A DNA stretch of 64,000 nt from Vicinamibacteria bacterium (GCA_963668695.2 CAXXLQ010000004.1:3232001-3296000), one strand, 5' to 3'; positions 48,776 through 58,051 are shown, numbered from the stretch's first letter. Notes: generated by a model not told the origin, from the sequence alone. Numbers and translations: made by a program.

Positions 48776-51536
48776 CCAACTCCGAAATCCAACTGGCCCG
48801 TCTATCCCCCGCGGGTCTATCCCCCGCGGGCGCGGGGGAAACTGGGTCTGCTCTGGCGTCCTACGATCCGAACGAGGTCCATCCCCGCGCGTGCGGGGGA
48901 AACGATTAGAACCCGGTGATGACGGGGCGCCGTCCCGGGTCCATCCCCGCGCGTGCGGGGGAAACGACCTCGCGGCCGGCTACGCGCGCCGGTGCCAAGG
49001 GTCCATCCCCGCGCGTGCGGGGGAAGCGCGCCACCCGTCACTGACGGCACATGGGCACAAGGTCCATCCCCGCGCGTGCGGGGGAAGCTCGTGGTCCCCG
49101 AAGAGCTGACGCACGCCAACGGTCCATCCCCGCGCGTGCGGGGGAAACGCGCTTCCCTTCAACGCGGCATGGGCGGACCGGTCCATCCCCGCGCGTGCGG
49201 GGGAAGCTCTGCTCCCATGCCTCTGAGAGATGCGGGCCGGGGTCCATCCCCGCGCGTGCGGGGGAAGCGGTAGAGCAAGCGTTTCATTCCAGTCCGTTTC
49301 CGGTCCATCCCCGCGCGTGCGGGGGAAGCATCGTCGCGTGGTCCTTGTCGGAGAACGGCTGGGTCCATCCCCGCGCGTGCGGGGGAAGCGGCGACGGCAA
49401 CCTCACCACGACCCGCAAGCAGGGTCCATCCCCGCGCGTGCGGGGGAAGCCAGCCCGACGACCGCCACCAGGTAGAGCAAGCGGGTCCATCCCCGCGCGT
49501 GCGGGGGAAGCTGCGTCAGTTCCGGGCGCGGCGTCAGGCAGTCGGGTCCATCCCCGCGCGTGCGGGGGAAGCATCCCCGCGCTCGCCCAAGAGGCCGAGG
49601 TCCGGGGTCCATCCCCGCGCGTGCGGGGGAAGCATCGTGTGGGAGGTCCACCAGGACAGCGTGAACGGTCCATCCCCGCGCGTGCGGGGGAAGCGGATCG
49701 TCGGTCCCGAACACGCCAGGGGGGACGGGTCCATCCCCGCGCGTGCGGGGGAAACCGCACCCTCCTTCGCAGGTGGTGGAGCGGGTCCATCCCCGCGCGT
49801 GCGGGGGAAGCCGGCGCGTTGCCTCCGACCCTTCATGGACCTCCGGTCCATCCCCGCGCGTGCGGGGGAAGCGCTCCGTTCTTCACGACGCAAATCCCGT
49901 GGCCGGGTCCATCCCCGCGCGTGCGGGGGAAGCGATCCTTGGGTTCGGTGGCCCGAGGTTCGCCCGGGTCCATCCCCGCGCGTGCGGGGGAAGCTCTCGA
50001 AGCAGATCTACAAGAAGATGCCGATGGGGTCCATCCCCGCGCGTGCGGGGGAAGCCGCAACATCTTCGGGCCCGCGGCACCGATGGACGGTCCATCCCCG
50101 CGCGTGCGGGGGAAACGACTCCATGGCGCGGAAGGAAGTTGACGAGGGTCCATCCCCGCGCGTGCGGGGGAAGCGGCTTCTACTTCGCGGCGCCGCACCT
50201 CGGAAAGGGTCCATCCCCGCGCGTGCGGGGGAAGCGCGTTCGCCCGGGCCTTTTCCCCCTCAGTCACCGGTCCATCCCCGCGCGTGCGGGGGAAGCATGG
50301 AGGTATTACGTCAGGAAGAGACAGCGAACGGTCCATCCCCGCGCGTGCGGGGGAAGCACATCAAAGCACTCCAGGCGTGGAAGGTGGACGGGTCCATCCC
50401 CGCGCGTGCGGGGGAAGCCGGGGCTTGGTGGTCATGGTTGTTCCTCCGGGGGGTCCATCCCCGCGCGTGCGGGGGAAGCGCGAACGACGCGGGGACAAGG
50501 GCATGGTTTGCCGGTCCATCCCCGCGCGTGCGGGGGAAGCGTCAGCTCAGTGCCGCTGGCGAGGTGGAGGGAGGGTCCATCCCCGCGCGTGCGGGGGAAG
50601 CTGGGTCAACTCTCGGTAGAACACACGACCGTCGGGTCCATCCCCGCGCGTGCGGGGGAAGCGACCACGCGAGCGTAAGCGGGCCGAGCTTGAACGGTCC
50701 ATCCCCGCGCGTGCGGGGGAAGCCGGTACGACTTCGGGGCGGCCCACACGGGTGGCGGTCCATCCCCGCGCGTGCGGGGGAAGCCAACGTCTCCTGCGTC
50801 CCGGTCGGGCGGTACCGGGTCCATCCCCGCGCGTGCGGGGGAAGCTCCATCGCCCACTGCATGGCGCCCGGCGTGTACGGTCCATCCCCGCGCGTGCGGG
50901 GGAAACCCGCTTCCAGCTCGGTGAGGCTGGCGTGGTGACGGCGGGTCCATCCCCGCGCGTGCGGGGGAAGCGCCAACTCCGCGGACGATGACTACTCGCC
51001 AACGTAGGGTCCATCCCCGCGCGTGCGGGGGAAGCCTCTCGGGCCGTCGGCAAGGAGCGCGGTCAGCGCGGGTCCATCCCCGCGCGTGCGGGGGAAGCTT
51101 CCAGCGGCCCCGGTGTGGCCCGAGCAGGGATGGGTCCATCCCCGCGCGTGCGGGGGAAGCGGCATCGCCTTTGCCGTCCTCGTCTTCCTTGCCGGTCCAT
51201 CCCCGCGCGTGCGGGGGAAGCGGGCTCCTGTTCCAGGTGCGCGCCGACAAGGGAGGTCCATCCCCGCGCGTGCGGGGGAAGCCCGCACCTTGTCGATGGC
51301 CCGCTGGAGCCACGGGGTCCATCCCCGCGCGTGCGGGGGAAAGCGTGTCCGAAAAGCCGGATCGGGGGGGTCCATCCCCGCGCGTGCGGGGGAAACCCAG
51401 CTTGTCCAGCGCCCGTCCCCCGGAGGGTCCATCCCCGCGCGTGCGGGGGAAGCGGAGCGATCGACCGTCGGGGTCCATCCCCGCGCGTGCGGGGGAAAGC
51501 CGTTCTGGGGTCCATCCCCGCGCGTGCGGGGGAAAC
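48739..51536 (-). CRISPR. Type I-E CRISPR array, ~47 repeats (two degenerate at the trailer) and ~46 spacers
   Basis: 28-bp repeat G[C/T]TTCCCCCGCACGCGCGGGGATGGACC (minus strand), modal spacer 33 bp. Degeneration is at the low-coordinate end and the leader abuts cas2. Confidence 0.98.
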
Positions 51537-51610
51537 CCTTATTGTCACCGAAAATTCACAATTCCTTCGTCGTCCTCCGAGAACACCCGCCAGACCTTGA
51601 TGGCCCGCTT
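51537..51610 (-). promoter_or_regulatory. CRISPR leader
   Basis: AT-richer segment between cas2 stop and the first repeat. Confidence 0.65.
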
Positions 51611-51982
51611 CTAACCAGGGCGAGAGTCCGATTCGTCCGCTGGTCCTTGTCTGGACGCGCCCGCTCCCTCCTTCGACGCCTCCTCCTCGGTCTCTCGGCG
51701 CACCAGGTGGATCCCCTCGTACTCGACCAAGTCCTTGGCCGGCGCTCCCAGCGTGAGAACCTGCTGGCGTTCATCCGTGGAGGGGGCCGCCCAGGTCATT
51801 ACGACAGAACCTTGAGCGTAGTAGGACCACCACACCCTGAGAACCTTCCACACGCGTTCCCTGACCCTGGCCGACATGTCGGGTTGTGTATAGACGCCGG
51901 GCGCCAGCTCCAGCATGCACGACGCCAAAAACCCCCGGAACCGCGCCGGGACATCACGGGTCACCACCACGCACATCGCCAT
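51611..51982 (-). CDS. cas2: Type I-E Cas2
   Basis: VVVTRDVPARFRGFLASCMLELAPGVY; no DEDDh fusion. Confidence 0.92.
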   Translation of the reverse strand: MAMCVVVTRDVPARFRGFLASCMLELAPGVYTQPDMSARVRERVWKVLRVWWSYYAQGSVVMTWAAPSTDERQQVLTLGAPAKDLVEYEGIHLVRRETEEEASKEGAGASRQGPADESDSRPG

Positions 51983-52838
51983 CGAACAACTCCTTGATCC
52001 GGTCAATCATGTGGGAAATCAGCTTACGGCGGCGCATTTCCCGGCCCGTCATCCGCCGGACGACTCGCTCCAACTCGACTCTCCGGTCCCTTTCATGCTC
52101 CTTCACGGCGGCAAACGCCACGGGGAGCGTCACTTCCCCCCGGTACAGGTCGGCGATGTCAAGCACGAAAGAAATCCCGGAATCCTCGTGGATGAAACCC
52201 AGGTGGGGCAGCGCCCCGACGCTGATCACCGCGATCGTCGCGGCGGCCTCCACGGCGGTGGCCGCGTGGTTGATGGCCTGATTCGGAAGATCAGCCCAGT
52301 CGGGAACATCCCGCTTGTAACTGCGGCGATCCCATCGGACTCCGTACTGCCTCGCGATCGTCTGATAGAGCGCGCGCATCCGAGCCCCCTCAATCCCCCG
52401 CAGGGCATTGAGGTCCCGGTGCGGCAGGACTTCGCCGAGCCGCCACGCGTACATCCGCCGCGCCGTATGGATTCGTTGCTCCTCATCCGCCCACAACTGC
52501 ACCTGCCGCCGTGCCATCGCGGACTCATCCGGGCCGATCGGTGGCGCGGTGTAAGCCCGCACTCCGTCCTCGCCAACCGCGATCAGTCCGGTCCCGTGAC
52601 GCGCGCAGAGACGAAGCGCGTCGTGGCTCACCGTAGTCCCGGGCCCGAGGAGCAGCACCGAGACCATCTGAAAAGGAATCGCGTAATCACCGGCCTCCAT
52701 CACCGGGCTTTTCGCCGCTCGGAACCTCAGTGTTCCGGACTCGACCCACAGGTTTCCGCGGGACAGCCACATGAGACCGTGCCGGTCTGCGTGCGGAATC
52801 CGCGCGGTCTCCAGCCCCAGGCGCCCCTTGAGAACCAA
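51954..52838 (-). CDS. cas1: Type I-E Cas1
   Basis: LLLGPGTTVSHDA, LRGIEGARMR, NQAINHA, LGFIH, FVLDIADLY. Confidence 0.95.
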   Translation of the reverse strand: MVLKGRLGLETARIPHADRHGLMWLSRGNLWVESGTLRFRAAKSPVMEAGDYAIPFQMVSVLLLGPGTTVSHDALRLCARHGTGLIAVGEDGVRAYTAPPIGPDESAMARRQVQLWADEEQRIHTARRMYAWRLGEVLPHRDLNALRGIEGARMRALYQTIARQYGVRWDRRSYKRDVPDWADLPNQAINHAATAVEAAATIAVISVGALPHLGFIHEDSGISFVLDIADLYRGEVTLPVAFAAVKEHERDRRVELERVVRRMTGREMRRRKLISHMIDRIKELFDGDVRGGDP

Positions 52839-52856
52839 CCGCAGACCCTCCAGCGA

Positions 52857-53723
52857 TCAGGCGGGCCGGAGCAGCACCATCCCGAAGCCGAACCCGCAGT
52901 GCCGACCGACACCCTTGGCCAGGAGTTCCTGCACTCCCTCTCCCGTCACTACCTCCAGTTCGCCGGTAAACCGGACATCAGGCCGCGTGAGCCACTGCGC
53001 GGAGCGCCCGTTCCCGTTGCGCGGCCTGCGAAGCAACCGCACGGAACGAAACGAGCGAACCCGCACCGAACCCTCGACGAGTGTGCATGGCGGCGGTCGG
53101 TCGGGGCCTGAGGCGAAGCGTTCCTTCAGCCAGGCCAAGTACACCTCGTCCCGCTGCGGAAGCGGAGCTCCGCTTTCCTCGGCGCGGGCCGTCGCAAGCT
53201 GGAATGCGTCCACTTCCCGGCCTCGCTCGGAATAGACGACTTGGCGGCGCTCCGGATGCGTGATGTTTGTTGTGAACGGCCGCTTGGCCAGCCGGCGTCG
53301 CACGGGGCATGCCCGCAGCTCGAAACCAAGCCGCAAGCCTCCGGGCCAGTGCGTCGGCAGGCGCTTGGCGCGGAGATCCTCCCAGTCAAAGAGATTCTGG
53401 AATTCGTCCTTCGCAACCTGGGCCAGCGTCGCTAGCCCGTCCCGATCCATGGCCGCATAGCCGAGAACGGGCGTTATGTCGGCGCTGCCGGGTCCGCATG
53501 CTCGGTTCCGCGGCCCGTTCCCGGTGGGTGCAAGCGTGAACGGCCTGGGCGCCTTCTCACCGAAGAGCCCCGCCAAGGCGGCGTGAAGCGCGTATCCGGG
53601 ATCCGGTTCCCGCGGGCGTCCCCGGCCGTCACCGGGAGGAACCCTGAAATACCGGCGCGCCAGGGCCCACTCGGTAAACGCGCGCAGTCGGAGCGGCAAC
53701 CGGATGAGATGAAGATCCGTCAT
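52857..53723 (-). CDS. cas6e: Cas6e/Cse3
   Basis: Terminal G-rich loop GVGRHCGFGFGM; DPGYALH; operon position. Confidence 0.9.
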   Translation of the reverse strand: MTDLHLIRLPLRLRAFTEWALARRYFRVPPGDGRGRPREPDPGYALHAALAGLFGEKAPRPFTLAPTGNGPRNRACGPGSADITPVLGYAAMDRDGLATLAQVAKDEFQNLFDWEDLRAKRLPTHWPGGLRLGFELRACPVRRRLAKRPFTTNITHPERRQVVYSERGREVDAFQLATARAEESGAPLPQRDEVYLAWLKERFASGPDRPPPCTLVEGSVRVRSFRSVRLLRRPRNGNGRSAQWLTRPDVRFTGELEVVTGEGVQELLAKGVGRHCGFGFGMVLLRPA

Positions 53724-54499
53724 TGCGCCGGTTCCCCGCGCTCAACCGTTTGAAGCGACAGCATCCCTCGGGCAACCACTCGTTCGCCGCCATGAAGCTG
53801 GTTGCGCCAGTCCCTCCGGTCCACCACGCGGTGCGCGTGCGTCCCACTCGCTTGGGCGGCGTCCTCTCTGGCGATGGGCCACTCGGCTGGAACCCGCTCC
53901 ATCGTCGTGGCACCGAAGGCCGTCCTCCACTGATCCGGAAAAACAATCGGGGCACGAGAAATGGCATCGGTCAGATTCCTGGCGTCCGAAACCAACCCGA
54001 AGACGATCCGGTCGGCCGGGAGACAGTGCTTCCGGCCGAGGAAAAGCGGGCGGAACGGCCGGTCGAGCGCGTCGGCGATCTGTTCGATCTTCGGTTGCGT
54101 CTCGGGCGACGAGAGAGTCATCGCCGCCAGGACTTTCGCATCGGCGCGATACCGGCGGACCCTGATGTGGGTTCCGAACCTGGCCTCGGCGCCGCCAGCG
54201 CGGTGCTCCACATGGCCGCGCGTCGTCCAGCCCGGCTTGGAGAGATGTTCCTGCCCAAGGTCCACCGTCTGGTAGTCCTCCAACTCCTCCCCGTCGCGCA
54301 GCAGCACCGCCGCCAGGGAGATGCGATCCTGGAGCGACTGCAACCGGTCATGTTCGCGATGCGTGTAACCCAGCGCATTTCCCAGCAGACCGGTGATCTG
54401 GCTGACGGTCGGGAATCTGCCGGTGGGCCCGATCTGATCCACCTGCGGACCGCCGAAGCTCATCAGGGGAGCCTGCAGATTGAGGAGAAGAACCTGCAT
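53720..54499 (-). CDS. cas5: Cas5/CasD
   Basis: LNLQAPLMSFG, FPTVSQITGLLGNALG, DYQTV, LFLGRKHCLP. Confidence 0.93.
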   Translation of the reverse strand: MQVLLLNLQAPLMSFGGPQVDQIGPTGRFPTVSQITGLLGNALGYTHREHDRLQSLQDRISLAAVLLRDGEELEDYQTVDLGQEHLSKPGWTTRGHVEHRAGGAEARFGTHIRVRRYRADAKVLAAMTLSSPETQPKIEQIADALDRPFRPLFLGRKHCLPADRIVFGLVSDARNLTDAISRAPIVFPDQWRTAFGATTMERVPAEWPIAREDAAQASGTHAHRVVDRRDWRNQLHGGERVVARGMLSLQTVERGEPAQ

Positions 54500-54503
54500 G
54501 GCG

Positions 54504-55682
54504 TTACGCCTCGATCTGAGCCGCCGCCCAGTCGGCGAGTTCGTCCAGCGTGACCCGCTTCCCCGCGTGATCGGGAACCGGTTCGACCATGCTGGCAATT
54601 CGCCGCTCTTCGTGAACGCCATACATCGCGTCGTAGCGGCGAAGGTAGTCGCCAACCGCCTTGCTCGCCTCGCTCTTCATGTCCTCGTGGCGCTTCGAGA
54701 CGGGCTTCATGAAGGCGTTCGCCAAGGTACGCGGCTGCCGGGCGCCGGCTTCAGCCAACATCACCTCGGCGCAGGCGTAGGGCGCGGTTGCGCCGCGCTT
54801 CGCTCCGGGCGAGACCGTGGCGATCAGATGCGGCAGGCGGCGCAACACGTTCGCCGCCAGTTCGGAGTCGTTCGACAGATTGGAGGTCAACTGGCCGAGG
54901 TCCACGACGACATACGAATAGAAGAGGCCGCTGGTCAGTTCGGTGGTGTTGATGTGCCCCGATCCGAGTTCACCTTCCTCGGTAACGAGGTCGTCGAGCG
55001 CCGAGAAGTAGTCCGGCTCCGACTCCTCCTGGTGGACCGTGAAACTGTGGGAAACATGGACGGCGGCATCCGACCGGGCCAACAGGTCGGAAGTCACCAT
55101 TCGACCGAAGAGCGCCGCGTCGAGACCGGCCCCCTGCGTTAGCGCGGCCAGATTCTTCCGGGTCTCCTTGTTCTTGAAGTACTCCGCCACCGCCTTTGCA
55201 GTGGCCTCGGCGTCGTCCTTTGCGAGCTTGCGGGCGGTCTCGGTGAGGTACGCCAATTCCGGCTCACCGAGGACGATCACCTGATCGGTGCGCAGTTCGT
55301 CCAGCGGTTTTCCGGCCCCCTCGCCGCTTTCCTTCCTGGCCTTGCGCGTCTCCCGCGCCTTGATGCTCTCGCCCAGAACCGCCGAACGGATGGGGGTCAG
55401 GACGTTCACAACCTGTTCCTCCGACATTCCGGCCTCTCGCAGGCGGCCGGCGATCACCTGGCTGAAGAGCCGCCGGGATCGTTTGGATTTCCCGGTGCCG
55501 AGGTCGCTCAGCGACCATTCGCCCGTGGCCTCCCGCCAGTGGCGCTTGAGGCACTGCGAAGAAACGCGGATGCGTTCGCATCCGCCGAACGGCAGACGCT
55601 TGGCGCGCCCGATGTCGTCACGGTTCAACAGCGTCGCGGCGTAGCCGGTCAGCGTGTGGATCTGCAGGAATCTGGGGTTCAT
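54504..55682 (-). CDS. cas7: Cas7/Cse4
   Basis: FLQIHTLT, LLNRDDIG, RVSSQCLKRHWR, ALFGRM, DYFSALDDL, PRTLANAF. Confidence 0.95.
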   Translation of the reverse strand: MNPRFLQIHTLTGYAATLLNRDDIGRAKRLPFGGCERIRVSSQCLKRHWREATGEWSLSDLGTGKSKRSRRLFSQVIAGRLREAGMSEEQVVNVLTPIRSAVLGESIKARETRKARKESGEGAGKPLDELRTDQVIVLGEPELAYLTETARKLAKDDAEATAKAVAEYFKNKETRKNLAALTQGAGLDAALFGRMVTSDLLARSDAAVHVSHSFTVHQEESEPDYFSALDDLVTEEGELGSGHINTTELTSGLFYSYVVVDLGQLTSNLSNDSELAANVLRRLPHLIATVSPGAKRGATAPYACAEVMLAEAGARQPRTLANAFMKPVSKRHEDMKSEASKAVGDYLRRYDAMYGVHEERRIASMVEPVPDHAGKRVTLDELADWAAAQIEA

Positions 55683-55705
55683 GGATATTCCTCCTCGGAA
55701 GAGAA

Positions 55706-56260
55706 TCAGGACTGCACCGCCTGGGCGCGGAAGAAATCGTGAGAGAGAGTGCGGACCGCGCGATCGGGACGCACATCCAGCCCGAGCCAGGGTCGGCCGA
55801 GAAGAAGTTCCGCGACCGGATACAGATTGGCCTTCACATGCTTTCGCGCCAGCCACTCGGCCGCTACCCGGAGTTCCCGCGCCAACTCGCCGTTTTCGGC
55901 GCGAACGAGGCGCACGAAACGAAACTCGGAATAGCCCGCCTTGGCCAGTTCGGACCCGAAAGACCGATCGAAGTCCAGTGGCTTCGGCGCCATCTCGGCC
56001 ATCGCCCGGATGAGCGCGGCCCACGCGGCGTCCACCCGGAGATCCGCGTGGCCCCCGGGTTCCCTCCATTCCTCCGGCACAATGCGCAGGTAGAGCCTCC
56101 AGAAGACCGGAGGGCGGTCGGAAGGCGTCATCCGCCGCAGCTCGGCGAGGGATCCGGTTCCGATCACCTCACCACTCAGCTCATGGGACAGTCGCCCCAG
56201 GACTCGGCCCAGGGTGACGGGTTGTTCGGGGTTTGCACGTTCTTCAGTCATCGGTCTCAC
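55706..56260 (-). CDS. cse2: Cse2/Cas11
   Basis: LAELRR, FWRL, SEFRFVRLVRA; position between cse1 and cas7. Confidence 0.85.
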   Translation of the reverse strand: MRPMTEERANPEQPVTLGRVLGRLSHELSGEVIGTGSLAELRRMTPSDRPPVFWRLYLRIVPEEWREPGGHADLRVDAAWAALIRAMAEMAPKPLDFDRSFGSELAKAGYSEFRFVRLVRAENGELARELRVAAEWLARKHVKANLYPVAELLLGRPWLGLDVRPDRAVRTLSHDFFRAQAVQS

Positions 56261-57804
56261 TTCCGGGAGTCAGCCTCCTCGAAGGCGTCGGGTAGCTGCT
56301 TGCGCAGGCCGCCGAAGAGCACGCTCTCCGAGGCGAACTGCGCCTTCTCGCGGCGGGTGCCGGGAGGGGAGAGGCGGCGCCAGGCATCCTCGGCAAGCCG
56401 AGTCGCGGTTGTCCGGAGAAAGACCTGCCACTTTCGGCGCGCGCATACGAAGTCCTCCGCCGGGGCCGCAAACAGGGAATCGAAGAACTGATCGTCCGTC
56501 TGCCGATCGAACCGCCTGACGACGGGGGCCGCGTCAGCCTTCTTGAAATTCGGGTGTTCGGGCCCCTGCAGATACACGATGATGGCCTGTCGCAACACTT
56601 TCCGCGCGCTGCCGGCGAGCGTGACCATCTCGTCGGAGAGCTTCGCCATCGAAGCCTCGTCGTCGTCGGGATCGGCCCCGACCGAGAGTTGGACCGACGC
56701 CGGGAGGGGAATGACCCGCTCGTGAAACCCCTCGGTCTTTCCCTGCCCCCGGACCAACGCGGCGAAATGGATCTGCGAATCCTCTCCCGATTCGCCAGGA
56801 AGCGCACCGAGGGCAAGGGGCTTTCGGGATTCGCCGCCGCGGAACAGGATCCTCTGGACGAGGCGGTAGTCGAAGCCGCCACCTCCCACCGTGAGGGCGG
56901 TCGGCGGATCCTTTCGGAGATCAAGCGGAATCCACGGGTCGCCCACATTGCCGAAGAATGCTTTGGCGTCGGTTCGCCGCTTTGCGGCGGGACGCACCCG
57001 GGCCTCCAGCGAACCGTGGCCAGCCTCGATCAACCGCACTCGGCGGCAGATTTCGATGAAGTAGGGGTCCAGCTCCGAAAGCGAGAGCATCTCGTCGGTG
57101 TCCCATGCGCGCACCCAGGTCAGCGCCAGACCACCCCGGGCTCGGTACACCTGATCGTCCATGCTCTCCAGCACTCCCTCACGCCGAGCCAGCAGCATCC
57201 GGATCGCCCGAACGACACGCGGCCCCCAACGCGAACTGGGCCGCCGGTCCACGAGCACCCGGCTGGCGAAGCCCCCGTTCATCCGGGCCACGCCGGGCTG
57301 TCCACGACCCGAATAGCCTTGTTGGGTTTGCAGATTGACCAGCGCATACAGCCAGAGATGCGGGCTCCCGCCGATCGCGCGGGACTGTTTGATGTCGTGG
57401 TTCTTGGCGGTCACCAGAAGATCCAGGGCGTCGGGAGTCGCGGCGTACGGCTTGAACTCATCGAGCCGGCAAGTGGGCGCCTGAAGGAGAGCTGGCTTCG
57501 CGGGGTCCTCCACCACCAGGCTCCAGGCCGAATCGCCGGCGTCCGGAGCCAGGTCGGCCAACATCGCGCGCCAGGCGTGGGGGTCCGAGGGAGGCGCCTC
57601 GCGTCCTTGCCGCCGCAGGGCCAACGAGCCGAGTTGCCCGAGGAACTGATACCAGGCGGGCGCCTGGTGCGCCCCCAGACCCGGGAAGGCATCGACCGTG
57701 TCGCCGGCCAGCCGCGCGTACAGCTCCGGCAAAGCGAGACGTTCTGTCCGGGAAGTGTCGCCACCCTGGATCGGAATTACGGCATCAGTCAACAAGTCAT
57801 GCAT
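56257..57804 (-). CDS. cse1: Cse1/Cas8e large subunit
   Basis: HDLLTDAVI, TAKNHDIK, RMNGG, PYFIEICRRVRL, GDPW, RGQGKTEGFHER; GGAGG RBS. Confidence 0.85.
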   Translation of the reverse strand: MHDLLTDAVIPIQGGDTSRTERLALPELYARLAGDTVDAFPGLGAHQAPAWYQFLGQLGSLALRRQGREAPPSDPHAWRAMLADLAPDAGDSAWSLVVEDPAKPALLQAPTCRLDEFKPYAATPDALDLLVTAKNHDIKQSRAIGGSPHLWLYALVNLQTQQGYSGRGQPGVARMNGGFASRVLVDRRPSSRWGPRVVRAIRMLLARREGVLESMDDQVYRARGGLALTWVRAWDTDEMLSLSELDPYFIEICRRVRLIEAGHGSLEARVRPAAKRRTDAKAFFGNVGDPWIPLDLRKDPPTALTVGGGGFDYRLVQRILFRGGESRKPLALGALPGESGEDSQIHFAALVRGQGKTEGFHERVIPLPASVQLSVGADPDDDEASMAKLSDEMVTLAGSARKVLRQAIIVYLQGPEHPNFKKADAAPVVRRFDRQTDDQFFDSLFAAPAEDFVCARRKWQVFLRTTATRLAEDAWRRLSPPGTRREKAQFASESVLFGGLRKQLPDAFEEADSRK

Positions 57805-57863
57805 GCTGTGCCTCCTCAGGGGCGGGGCTTCGGACCGCCCGTCCGAGGGCGGTGGTTTCGAGC

Positions 57864-57892
57864 ATTGTTACCGATACGAGATGATTTGTCAA
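57864..57892 (-). promoter_or_regulatory. Sigma70-type promoter of the cse1-cas2 operon
   Basis: Minus strand TTGACA (57887-57892), 16-17 bp, TAACAAT (57864-57870), ~60 bp upstream of the cse1 ATG. Confidence 0.7.
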
Positions 57893-57960
57893 ACTCTGCT
57901 TTTTAGAGATTAGAATCAACACCCGGGCACCGAACAGCCAGTCCCGCGGATCGCAGTCCC

Positions 57961-58037
57961 AACACCCCGACTGAATCGGGGATACACCTTCTGCTTTCTT
58001 TGAGCGGAAAATTTCCCCGCACCTGCGGGGACTCGCC
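57961..58037 (+). ncRNA. Putative crRNA-like regulatory RNA (degenerate repeat, ~21-nt spacer, degenerate repeat)
   Basis: Two 28-nt I-E-like hairpins (CCCCGA-CTGAA-TCGGGG-ATACACC; CCCCGC-ACCT-GCGGGG-ACTCGCC); the spacer seed matches the cse1 promoter next to AAC. Confidence 0.7.
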
Positions 58038-58051
58038 ACGGCGCCACCCGA

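Noticed and set aside
49573-49582. Spacer starting ATCCCCGCGC, identical to part of the repeat
   Set aside because: A 10-nt GC-rich match in a normal 33-bp spacer; likely chance
48817-51997. Many ORFs over the CRISPR array
   Set aside because: Artefacts of a stop-free GC-rich repeat
57805-57960. CreT-like RNA toxin next to the mini-array
   Set aside because: No separate SD/start/rare-codon mini-ORF recognised; the targeted promoter leads straight to cse1, favouring autoregulation
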